Source: Octopus bimaculoides | Lineage: Eukaryota | Direction: 5' to 3' | NCBI RefSeq assembly: GCF_001194135.2 | Contig: NC_069001.1 | Span: 33,175,158-33,239,157 of the forward strand | DNA: 64,000 bases | Shown: positions 1 to 11,703 of the stretch, piece by piece | Position numbering within the stretch: the first letter of the stretch is position 1 | Layout: every line of letters starts with the position of its first letter | Made by a program: the position numbers and the translations under genes | The notes under the pieces: generated by a model | Told to the model about the DNA's origin: nothing | Seen by the model: the letters and a program-made list of their open reading frames with translations, nothing else | Database searches by the model: none

Positions 1-189
1 CACACACACACACATATATATATACACACACACAGAGTGAATGAAAGAAAAGAAAAAAACAGAGAGAGAGAGGAATGGAGGGAGAGGAAGAATAAGAGAG
101 AAATAGATTGAATGAGAGAGAGAAAGAGAGAACAAAGAGTAGAGAATAAGACACATAGAATATCTTTGTAATAAGACTAATACACCTAC

Positions 190-273
190 CACCAATCAGT
201 GATAAATATCTCCTCAGTTGCTGCCTCTAAAACATCTGCCACAGACTCAAAATAAAGATCTCCATCAACAAAC
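190..273 (-). CDS. PLD1: PLD coding exon, start of catalytic region (84 nt); gene continues beyond the left edge
   Basis: Acceptor ttcttcttttcttctag, donor TG|gtaggt. Translates (W)FVDGDLYFESVADVLEAATEEIFITDW(W), the highly conserved PLD motif W.V....YF..VA.A.E.A.EEIFITDWW. Confidence 0.97.
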
Positions 274-728
274 CTAGAAGAAAAGAAGAACAGCAGCATT
301 TTGGTATTTCATTTTAGCATTTAATGGTTTCTGCTGACTTTAATATATTGTTGATGGTGATGATGATGATGGTGATGGTGATAATATTGTTTAGTATTTT
401 GCCAGTGAAGCCAAAACCATATTCATTCCACATCCCTGCACTGATTTCAAACTCCTCTCATGTCTTGCCATTTATCTGCATTCTTTTGTGAAGTTCAGCA
501 TCCTGAAATAAGCTTTTGCCATTTTTACCCAAGTCTTGCTTCGTTTTCTGAACCACAGACACACACGTATGCGTGTGCATGTATACACATACCTCACACA
601 CTCACAAGTATACACACACACACACACACACGAGGTAGTTTTGGTGAGGCATTGTGTGGAATAATTTTAAAGAGATTCGTTGTGTAAGGCTGGAACAAAG
701 TAAACTACAAAAGGAGAAAAAAAAAACA

Positions 729-823
729 CAAAGCAAATTTGCAGTTTTACTTTGTATTTCTATATTTCAGGCTTATGACCCCTTCTTCAGGACAATACAA
801 TGTAAAACTGCAAATTTGTTTTG
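729..823 (-). ncRNA. Candidate minimal type I hammerhead ribozyme (Penelope-like-element type)
   Basis: Minus strand reads: 30-bp stem I, CTGAAGA (790-784), stem II AGG/CCT with a 9-nt loop, GAAA (768-765), TA, TA, then the stem I partner. Loop III is only 2 nt. Confidence 0.55.
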
Positions 824-884
824 CTTTCTTTTCCCTTTGTACCTTCTTGCATTGTTCCAGCCTTACACAACAAATCTCTTTAAA

Positions 885-940
<56 letters not shown>

Positions 941-1940
941 TGGCTTAGCAGGAATTGACTTCAAATGAGTAAAGGGCCCCTGCTAAGCACAAACCATAGT
1001 AGGTAAAACACATGCAGAAGAACAATGTCTTCAAGTAAGCCAGTCTGAGAAGAACATGTAAGCCTAAGCTATAATAATACAACAGTATTACAAAAGACTT
1101 AGAATGCTTTTAGTAAATTAGAAGAGGTACACCAAGGGAAGGTGAAAGAGGCTAAATCAGCTTGATATATATATATATATATATATAAAGTTTTATAAGG
1201 AAAGGAAAAATACAAGTGTAGACGTTACTTTATTCCAGGTTGGTACATATATCCAATAAAAACACTACAAGTTGTTCATTACCATCATCGTTTAACGTCC
1301 GTTTTCCATGCTGGCATGGGTTGGACGGTTTGAATGGGGGTCAGGGAAGCCAGGAGGTTGCACCAGGCTCCAATCTGATCTGGCAGTGTTTCTACAGCTG
1401 GATGCCCTTCCTAATGCCAACCACTGGCATCGACTATGTTTGAATGGTGCTTGTATGCACCACCGGCACGGGAGCCAAAAGGGGTTGGCATTGACCACAT
1501 TTAGATGGTGTTTTACGTGCCACTGGCATGGGAGCCAGAGGGAGCTGGAGGAGTGGGGGCAGTCAATTAGATCGACCCCAGTACACAACTGGTACTTAAT
1601 TCATTGACCCCTAAAGGATGAAAGGCAAAGTCGACCTCGGCGGAATTTGAACTCAGAACTTAGTGATGTGCGAAATACCGCTAAGCATTTCTTTTAGCAT
1701 TCTAATGATTCTGCCAGCTCATCACCTTTACTGATACCAGGAATCAAACTCACAACCTTATAATCATGAGCTGAAAACCCCAGCCACTGGGCCATGCACC
1801 CCTCGCACCAGTGTTTACACAATGCAAGAAGGTTATTTCTGATATTTACAGTGTTTCTTTCTTTTCCTGTGTAAAACTCACAGAACAAATAACAAAGTAA
1901 TATTTGGTGTAATTTAGATGAAAGTAGTTTTATTACTTAC

Positions 1941-2090
1941 CAGGTTCCATGGGAATCAGTTCGAATTGGAGCAAAAGAATTAAACCGTTTCTCTTCAGTG
2001 TATTCTTTACCAGTTCCTTCAGCAATCATTTTAATCTGATCAGACCATTCCACCTGTTTTCGATGTGTCCAGCAACTAAACAGCAGTTCT
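1941..2090 (-). CDS. PLD1: PLD coding exon, PH domain end (150 nt)
   Basis: Acceptor ttctttgataatcag, donor TG|gtaagt. Translates ELLFSCWTHRKQVEWSDQIKMIAEGTGKEYTEEKRFNSFAPIRTDSHGT(W), which contains the PLD RFxSFAPIR motif. Confidence 0.96.
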
Positions 2091-2661
2091 CTGATTATCA
2101 AAGAACAAAACAGTTTCTTCACAAAGACGTTTCTTATGTATTTTTCATTACAAGAAGAATTTAATGAATTAAACCTGATTCTCTCATTACCATTTTGCTA
2201 ATTACTATTGATTTGCAGCAGATCTTCCAGTTAAAAAAAAGGAAACCAAGTTTTCATTCATTTTCTTGATTACTGATACCATATATGGCTGCGAGCTAGC
2301 AGAGTTGTTTACATGCCAGGCAAAATACTTGGCAGCACATCGTCTGTCTACATTCTGAGTTCAAATTCCACTGAGGTTGATGTTGTCTTTCATGTTTTTC
2401 GGGGTCAATAAAATAGTACCAGTTGAACACTGGGGTGAATGTAATCTCCCTCCCCTGAAATTACTGGCCTTGTGCCAAAATTTGGTTAATTTCTCCCACA
2501 AATGCTCACAGAAGTCAGCCAGTCTCTCTTTCTCTCTTGTTTTGTTCAAACCCTTGGTGACAAGAAGTAAAAAGATGAAAGGCAAGGTCAACCCTGGCGG
2601 AATTTGAACTCAGAATAGAATGTTGCCCAGCATGCTAATGATTCTGCCAGCTTACCGCCTT

Positions 2662-2730
<69 letters not shown>

Positions 2731-3121
2731 CCTTTCTACTACAGGAAAAAGGCCTGAAATTTTGAGGAAGGAGGCAAGTCAATTACATCGACCCCAGTAC
2801 TCAACTGGTACTTTTTTCACCGACTCTGATAGGATGAAAGGCAAAGTTGACCTTGGCAGAATTTGAACTCAAAATGTGAAGACAAATGCAATAATAATAA
2901 TAATAATAATAATAATATAAATAAAATGTCAAGTTGTGGTGCATGACTTTTGTGTACTGTAGAAGTATAAGCAATTTATTGCACTTCAATTTTAACAACA
3001 AAATTTTATACGGACCCACAAAGGTCATGTGGACCCTGGTTGAGAACTACTGGTTTAGACCAAGTCTTCAGTTTGAGGATAACTCAACATAGTGATGTGC
3101 TGCTTTCTACTGCAGCTCTTC

Positions 3122-3345
3122 TTAACCCTTTTGATACCAACCTGCCTGAAGCTGCCCTAATTCTATGAAACACACTTCATCCTTAAAGTGATCTAAACTA
3201 AAACCTTTCATAAAATATGTAAATTTATGATGCAAATACCAGTTTAATAATGACAAAATTGCTTTACGAAAGTCTTCATGATTTTCAAAATTAATTGAAA
3301 CAAAAGTGGTGTATTTCAATAGAAATATGGTAACAAAAGGATGAA
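3122..3345. mobile_element. Second TTAA-type MITE family; fragments also near 26740-26833, 27050-27180, 49860-50095 and 63850-63918
   Basis: Starts ttaacccttttgataccaacc and ends gtatttcaatagaaatatggtaacaaaagg. The same blocks recur at the listed sites. Confidence 0.6.
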
Positions 3346-3541
3346 ACTGGAGTTTCTTTCTCTGTTTCCCTCACCAATCTCCAAGAGGCAGTAGAAAGGT
3401 CACCAGCACTGTCTTTGCTTCTCTCACTAATATCGTACCAGAATGAAGCAAATTATCTAGCTCTGTTTACAAAATGATACAACAGTGTTGATGGCACGTT
3501 GAGTTTAATATAGAATTTTAAGGATGGGAAATGATACAAAC

Positions 3542-3694
3542 CGGCAAGAATTTTTTATCAGAATTCCATGAGGTACACCAGTTTCAAAATAACCAGATTT
3601 TATATCAAAATCTGAATCGAGTAAAATTACATCTCGGACAGCACCATCGTGTGGACGGAGGAAGGTAAGAAATGTGTCTTTTATGATGAACCAT
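3542..3694 (-). CDS. PLD1: PLD coding exon, PH domain (153 nt)
   Basis: Acceptor tttctattgccacag, donor CG|gtttgt. Translates WFIIKDTFLTFLRPHDGAVRDVILLDSDFDIKSGYFETGVPHGILIKNSC(R), matching [29 protein letters not shown] (recalled). Confidence 0.96.
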
Positions 3695-3786
3695 CTGTGG
3701 CAATAGAAACATTATAAACATATGACATATATGTGTGTGGGTGTGTGTGTGTGTGTATGAGAGAAATAGAGAGAGAGAGAATATAA

Positions 3787-3831
<45 letters not shown>

Positions 3832-4927
3832 ATAAACATAAACATAAATATAACCATTTGTTAGAATATAAGTGAATATAAACAATGTCTTTAATGATGA
3901 GCCATCTGTTAGGATCATCTACATTTAATGTATGTTTTCCTTGCTGGCATGGGTTGGATGGTTTGATAGGGTCTGACAAGCTGCAGAGCTGCTTCAGGTC
4001 CCAATAAAAGCTTTAGCATGGTTTCTACAGCTGGATGTCTTTTTTAATGCCAACCACTTAACAGAATACAAGAATACATGAAACATCTTTGTAAGGTTAC
4101 ACACACACACACACACACGTAGACAGAAGAGGGAGACAGTCACACACAACACAGAGACAGCTGCAAATGAAAAGGACACGCATGTCTGTGCTATGTTACA
4201 TAATATTCTTTCTACACTGATTTGGAAATCTCGCCCCCCCCTCCTCCCAGTTAATTTATTCCTGTTATCAACTAATATTGGGGCTGAATTAGCAGAATGC
4301 CTGCGGTATTTAGTTACACTTTTTACATTCTGAATTCAATTGTGTCTTTCATTCTTCTTGAGTGGGGGATTGATAAAATAAAGCATCAGTCAACTATTGG
4401 GATAAAATATGTAGAAGGGATTATAATAAAAAGGGGTGTTTTTTTTTTTTAAATTTCTTTTAGAAATACACAGTCCCTCTCAGAAGAGAAGGGCAGTGTA
4501 CATGATCCTTCACAGGTTCCCTGAGACTAGAGGGGAGAGAGAGAGAATTGAAGGGATGAGGGAAGGAAAGAGGGAGTAGGAAAGAAGGAGGGTGGGAGGA
4601 AGGAGAGTATCCCTGAACCAGTGAATGACTTGAATGCTTGCAACAGAACAGAATCTGCTAAAGGTACTCAAGTTGCCAGGTGGTGATGTTAAACTGAGTG
4701 AGGGATTAAGTCAACCTTCCCAGTTGGCTATGGCAGGATTGGAACTCAGAATGCAAAGAGAACAAATACCAAAAGGCATTTATGACAGATCCCAAGTTTG
4801 ATTGATCAGATCTCTCTTGAGATCAAACAACAATCAACAGCATTTTACTTTTACTTGTTTCAGCCAGAGGCTGTGGCCATGCTGGGACATCACCATTACA
4901 CTTATAACAACAACAACCCCTTCTTAC

Positions 4928-5079
4928 CTTTTATGCCAAGTTCTGCTAACTTGGAACATGTTCTTACAATTCAGACAACTCGTAGACCGACCTCCAGGAG
5001 ATTTCATTACCATACCCTCTTTCCTTTTACAACCAAGTTCTTTAATAAAAGACAGGCGGCTGATTTCTAAGAATTTTAG
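4928..5079 (-). CDS. PLD1: PLD coding exon, PX-PH junction (152 nt)
   Basis: Acceptor atattccctag, donor AG|gtaaga. Translates LKFLEISRLSFIKELGCKRKEGMVMKSPGGRSTSCLNCKNMFQVSRTWHK(R), matching [28 protein letters not shown]...RWSKR (recalled). Confidence 0.96.
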
Positions 5080-5462
5080 CTAGGGAATATATAAAAAAAG
5101 AAATAAGAAAAAAACAAATACAATGAGAAACAATGCTAATCTTTTATATTTTCATCAGGTAAATTTATAAAACACAAAGAATGTTTGGTGTGTAATATGA
5201 GAAGATATCCGTAAGTGTTTGGGCAAAACACCTCTACAGGTTTTTCTTTATTTTATTTCAGATTTATATTTCAAGAATAATTTTAGCATTGCATGTCTCT
5301 AGTTCACATTAATCTTATCAGAATTGTAATACAACACTGTATATATTTATTGCATTCAGCAGTAGCTGCACAAGGTTTTATAAACATTGTATGGGTGTGT
5401 GTTTATATGAGTGGAAGTGCAATGTTATTGTATGGGTTTATTCACACTAATACATGTAAAGG

Positions 5463-5748
5463 TATATGGCTCAGTGGTTAGAGCTTCGAGCTTATGATCA
5501 TGAGGTCAAGTTCTTGAGCATGTTGCTCCAGTTCACTCAGCTGTAGAAATGAGTTGCAATGTCACTAGTGCCAAGCTGTATCAGCCATTGCCTTTCCCTT
5601 GGACAACATCGATGGCACGGAGAGAGAAGGTTGGTATACATGGGCGACTGCTGGTCTACCATAAACACCCTTGGCTGGACTTGTGCCTTGGAGGGGAACT
5701 TTCTAGGTGCAATCCAATGGTCATTCATGACCGAAGGGGGTCTTTACT
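5463..5748 (+). mobile_element. tRNA-derived SINE family C
   Basis: tRNA-like head tatatggctcagtggttagagcttcgagc, then the ttgctccagttcactcagctg core shared with family D, and a 3' end catgaccgaagggggtctttac. Confidence 0.75.
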
Positions 5749-7816
5749 CCTTTTCACATGTTTATTCACACTAATATATATGCTTATTATCACTAATATA
5801 TGTGTTTAGTAATATATTCATAATAATATATGTGCTTATTAACACTAGTACATGATATAGTATAGAACAGGGCAATGCCATTAGTAGGAGTGGTTAGGGA
5901 GGCAAAGGAGGAGGATGAACTATTCTTTTCTACTCTAGGCATAAGGACCCAAAATTTTTAGGGAGGGGCCAATTGATTAGATTGACCCCAGTACGCAACT
6001 GGTACTTAATTTATCAACCCTGAAAGACGAAAGGCAAAGTTGACCTCAGCAGAATTTGAACTCACAACGTAAAGATAGACGAAATAGTGGTAAGCACTTC
6101 ACCCGGAGTGCTAACATTTCTGCCAGCTGGCTGCTGGAGGATCAACTATTGTAACTGAATAAGTCGGGGGAAGTTAAGTTAAGAGAAATTAAAAGTATGT
6201 GATGAGAAGCATTCGTAAACCAAGGTTCCAATATATTTAGCAAGACGGAAGGGTCCTCCCTACCCTCCATTGTTCCCATTCATTTACTCATTCCTTTATA
6301 AAGTATATTGGAGATGTTGCCATGGCCTTTGGAAAACTAAAGAGTCCTTGCTGCTTTACATTGTGTCCATTCATTTAAGGTAAACCTGATCAAGAGTGAG
6401 AATAGACAAGAGATTGATGACCAAGGAGGTGAAAGAAGAGAAAGTGTGGGGGAGATGAAGGTTAACAGAATGCTGGGAGTGAGAGAATGGTAGGAAAGGG
6501 GAGTAATGGAAGAGAGACAATGATGGCTACAGTCTGGTTGTTGGTAAGTAACTTAAACAGAAAAGCAGGAAGAATGGTGTAATAGGAAAGCAACAAAGAC
6601 ACATCACCAAACAGTACAAGTCTTGACACCACTGATTCGGTTATTTCTGTTATTGTGGTTTACCTCAATGTTTAGTTCTCATTGGTTTTATCAGTAATGT
6701 TATTCTAACATTGCAGCTTTGTTTGTGTCTCGCTAATCTTGATTGGTGAAGCTGCCACTTCAAAAACTGAAGAGCTGAATAAACCCAACATTTTGAAACT
6801 TCATCAATATCATCTACTACTACTACTACTACTATTACTACTACTACTACTACACCACTGCCATCACTGCACCACCACCATGACTATTTTCATCATCACC
6901 ACTATTATCATCAACATCATCATTACCATCTTCACCACTATCACCACCACCACCATCATCTTCACCACCTTCACCACCACCACCTTCACCACCACCACCA
7001 TCATCATCATCTACAATAGCAACAAGCAACTAGAGATGGTGTCAATTACAGTACCCTGTGGTCCTTTCTTTCCATCAATCTGTTCCAGTCAACATTAATC
7101 TTAATCATGTGAAATCAATTCGTCAACAAAGTGTCTTAATATAAATAGAAGCCATAGAATCTTTCTCTGTGCAATATATGCACAAACACAACTCGGGTAT
7201 ATGTATAATGGGAAAAGAAAAAGGGGTGGAAGAGGAGGGAGTGGAAGAGGAGGGAGTGGAAGAGGAGGGAGTGGAAGAGGAGGCGGTGGAAAAATAGGAG
7301 TAGAAGAGGAGGGGGTGGAAGAATAGGAGAAGAGGGGTGGAAGAGGAGTGTGGGTTGAAGAGGAGGCTGAGGCCAGGGATAAGAAATCAGTCTTATTGGA
7401 CAGGGTGGGGGGGGTGATGATTCTATGTTGAACACTAGAGGAAACTCATTAGTGGTGGCCACCGCAGGAAATGCTGGAGATTTAGGACTGTATGGGATGA
7501 ATTATAGGAGAGGAGGAACGGAATGAAAGTGAAGAAGAGAGAAAATGGAAGGAAGAAAGGATGGCAAAGAACGAGAGATGGAAAAGAACAAGGGATACGA
7601 AGAAAAGAAGTTGAAGAAGAAAAATGGAAGATGAAAATAAAGGTGAAGAAGGGGCAGGCATGGCTGTGTGGTTAAGAAGCTTGCTTTGCAACCACAAGGT
7701 TCTGGGTTCAGTCCCACTGTGCAGCACGTTAAGCAAGTGTGTGTCTTCTACTACAGCTCCAGGTCAAATAATGCTTTGTGAGTAAATTTGGTAGAATAAA
7801 ACTGTGAGGAATCCTG

Positions 7817-7851
<35 letters not shown>

Positions 7852-8301
7852 CACACACATATATAAGAAATGATGTGTTTACATCCCTGTAACTTAGCAG
7901 TTAAGCAAAAGAAAACTGATAGATTAAGTACCAGGCTTTAGGAAAAAATAATAAGTACTGAGGTTGATTTGTTTGACAAAAATTCTTCAAGGTGTGTGCC
8001 CCAGCATGGCCACAGTCTAATGATTGAAACAAGTAAAAAAATTTTTTTAAAGTATAGATAAAAGCTGAAAAGGAAATTAAAGAAAAAAATGAAGGAATTT
8101 GAAGGAAAAAGATGGAAGGAAAGAATGAAGAATAGAGAAGAGAAAGGAAAGAAATGAAGAAAGAAGAAGATGACAAGAAGTGAAAGAAAAATGAAGAAGA
8201 AAGAAATTTGAAAGGAAGAAATAAAGATGAAGGCAAATATATATCTCAATACAGACTTCAAACAATATCATAAAAGAGTGATGAAAAGCTACTTTCCATA
8301 C

Positions 8302-8367
8302 CATTTCTATATGATTTCTGTACATTCGGCATTTTAGAGCACATTGAAGATATTCTTCCAGTTGTTT
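8302..8367 (-). CDS. PLD1: PLD coding exon, PX domain C-terminal helix (66 nt)
   Basis: Acceptor ttttaattttgatag, donor ATG|gtatgg. Translates KQLEEYLQCALKCRMYRNHIEM versus human [22 protein letters not shown] (recalled). Confidence 0.95.
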
Positions 8368-8716
8368 CTATCAAAATTAAAAGAAAATCAATCAGCTTTA
8401 GTGATAAATGTCTATTTGAAGAAACATGGAAATTTTCATCAACAGATATTATTGAAAACAAGTTCCACCGACACCCGTGCACACACTTAAACAGACACAT
8501 ACGCAAGCGAGTGTGTGTATGCATGAATTATTTAATAGAAATAGAGAAACTCTGTTATGTCACTCGGTCATCAGCTCCCTAAAAAAAAAAAAAACAGTCT
8601 TACATTAAGAAGAACCTTTTCAGCTAGTTGCAATCCTTACTCCCCAACTATGTTCTGCCACAAATCCTCCCCTGCACATTTGGGAAGCTTTCAGCCTCTT
8701 TTTCTTTTTTATGAAT

Positions 8717-8940
8717 TTAACCCTTTTAGTGTTCAGATTATTCTGTCCTTACTTATTCACATTATTTTGAATTAACCATGCATTATCTCATTGTTTGAGA
8801 TTTCAATGATGTGTTTGTATGTTTCCAGAATGAAGTTGCAGGGTAAGTGTGAGAGGCCAGATCTAGCCACTTTGAATATAAAACAGAATATTTTGGCTGG
8901 ACATCACCAGATATTACTGGTTTAACTGCTAAAGGTTTAA
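8717..8940. mobile_element. TTAA-bounded (piggyBac-type) MITE family; other copies at 20221-20822 (SINE-interrupted) and 39112-39339
   Basis: The three copies are alignable (cagattattctg...gagatttcaatgatgtg...ccagatct...ttaaatgctaaag). Termini are ttaaccctt and aaaggtttaa. Confidence 0.75.
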
Positions 8941-10439
8941 GTAGAAAAGTAAATTGATAAAGTAGTACGTTTGTAGACCTTTCCCTAAAATGAATCTTTT
9001 GTATTTAGGAAATGTACTTGCATAGCAAGCGACCTGATCTGAGATTGTGTGCTGGAATGAAAACAATTGCAGTGTGGAAGCTGTTTATAAGCCATTTAAG
9101 AAACACACAAAAACCGTTAGATTCGCTTCAACAGGTTGCGGTCTCAAAGCTACGAAAATATTTTGGCAAATTAAATTTAAATGTTGAAGTGAATCTAATC
9201 ACATTATTCCCATAATGCATTATAAGACAAATAAACAAATAAGCTGCTTTCCTTGAAATAATGAATAAATAAAATGTACACCACCCCCAATGCTACCTCC
9301 TCCACGAGCCAGTGAAGTCACATTGAACTTCATTACTGAAAGTGTTCTTTTTCTTTTAAGACACTTGTGTAAAGTGAGCGCGTGCGAACGCATGTGTGTG
9401 TGTAGTTATAAATGAATGTAACTGTTTGTCATTTCCAATATCCTGTGGAATCATTGTCTGGTTGTGGGGAAATATTATGTTGCTTGGAAACAGGTGAGGG
9501 TTGGTGACAGGAAGGGCATCTGGCCATAGAAAATCTACCACAATGAATTCTGTCAGACCAATACAAGCACGAAAATTAGACATTTAAAAAAAAGATGACA
9601 ATGATGATGATCAAACACACACATATACACATACATACAAACACACATGCACAATGTATCAATATTGTTTAAATCTATTAACTTTCACTCACAAGGCATT
9701 GGTCAACTGGTCAATGGTCAACTTGGGGCAAAGGTAGAAAACACTGACAGATAAAAACCACACAGTTTCATTAAACACAAACCCATATAATTTTGAAACT
9801 ATATTCTTAACCACACAGCCATACTTGCACTTATTAGGCCTGAAAAATTAGTTTTTAATTAAATAATTACTGACAGTTTACAGCAGGCCTTTATTATGGA
9901 AGATCATGGAATGGTGGAAGATTAAGGAAAAAAAAAAAGAAGAAAGCATTATCAAATTAAAATATAAAAAATAAGCTCTCGATTAACCAGTTTGTTAAAA
10001 TGTCTAACTTCTACTACCATTCACAGAAATTGATTAATTATACAAATTTGATATTTTATTTTTCAAATCTCTCAAAAGGAACTGCAAGAGAATCACAACT
10101 AGATAAATCAATAAATTATTAGACAGTCAACTAAAGGCCTGGTTATTTATAACCTGTTACTGGAATTGGTCATGTCTTCAAGACCTAGACACCTAACACC
10201 TTCAGCTTTCAGCTCAGATATAGATAAGTTCTAGGAAGGGATGCAGGCGTGGCTGTGTAGTAAGAACTTTGCTTCTCAACCACATGGTTCCAGGTTCAGT
10301 TCTACTGCATGAATCCTGGGACAAGAGTCTTCTACTATAGCCTCAGACAGTCCAAAGCCTTGTGAGTGGATTTGATAGACCTGTTAGATTCTATCAAACC
10401 ATTCAACCCATGTCAGTATGAAACATGGACATGAAGTGA

Positions 10440-10885
10440 TAGAATTTTAAATAGTTTGGTTAATCAGGGTAATTTAATTTAAAGTTGTGATGTGATGTTA
10501 AATTATGCTCTGTGGTAAGTAGTTACATCTGGAAACTGAAAGACAAAAACATTAATTATAGATCAGAAGGGCATATCCTAGTCAAAACGTCTTCATATAA
10601 CCTTAATAATAGTCGCTGTAATTTAAGCATAAATGAGAAATTCTTCATTTTAATGGCCAAATCAGAATTACTTAATAAATGAGACAAGAAAAATACAACA
10701 TGTTTGCATAAAGATAAATTCTTATTCTCTAAATACCACAAATGCCTACATTACAGGTTACTAGCTGACTGGCCTAACATCTTATTAGCTCCCCTAACCA
10801 TTCCATTTACCACAGAGTATAATTTAACATCACATCACAATTTTAAATTAAATTACCCTGATTAACCAAACTATTTAAAATTCTA
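10440..10885. mobile_element. Foldback/MITE with 79-bp terminal inverted repeats
   Basis: Arms 10440-10518 and 10807-10885 match at 77 of 79 positions. Both outer ends are TA (possible target-site duplication). Confidence 0.8.
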
Positions 10886-11669
10886 CATTGTACACCAGGA
10901 CATATAATCCTCTATAATATATTCACTTTAAAGCTAGATTGCCGACTCACATAACACGTTATATTTTTATTGATTTTTATTTATTTACTCTTTACCATTT
11001 TTATTATTCTTTTACATAGCCCATATTTATATACATTAGTTTTTAACAAGGGCATTACTAGTAATCAGAGGGACTAACCTAACGGTCACTAACAGTGTTA
11101 TATATGACAATTACCAACACCGGATATCTCCACCATGTATAACTCCTTCGACTAACACTGTATATTATGTATATGCATTTTCACATATACATATATATAT
11201 ATATACATATACACTTATACATACATATAAATATATTATTTTGGGTGGGGATTTGTGTTATAAACACATAAAAGTGCTCAATATACTCTTGTGTTACAAA
11301 TATGTATTTGTTTTCGTTCCAAATATTTGGTAATAGGTGGGAGCAATGAAAGTATGATGGAAGTGGTGTTGGTGGAGGGGGTGTCATTTAGATTGACTTT
11401 ACCCAACCATTAACTACAACAAGGTTTATATTTCAGGATCATATTTATACAAACAGAACCTCATAATTTTGGTTTTGCCTAATTTATTATAGATTCTATT
11501 TCTAAACTTCTCATTTTTACATCCAGTAACATTTGTTTTGAAAGTTAGCAGGAATTGGAGCAGAAAACAGAAATATTTTTTTTGTCTTTACTTTAATTAT
11601 TTCAGCTTTCTGTCCCATCTTTTACCCTTTCCTGAGAAGCTGTATGCACCTGAGCAGTGTATACAATGA

Positions 11670-11703
<34 letters not shown>

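Noticed and set aside
5463-5530. tRNA-like heads (A/B boxes) at this and other sites, considered as tRNA genes
   Set aside because: No complete cloverleaf; each continues into a SINE body found in multiple copies.
7205-7365. G-rich 15-mer tandem (ggagtggaagaggag) with possible G-quadruplex
   Set aside because: A common purine-rich simple repeat. The G-rich strand is the template strand, so it is absent from the PLD RNA.
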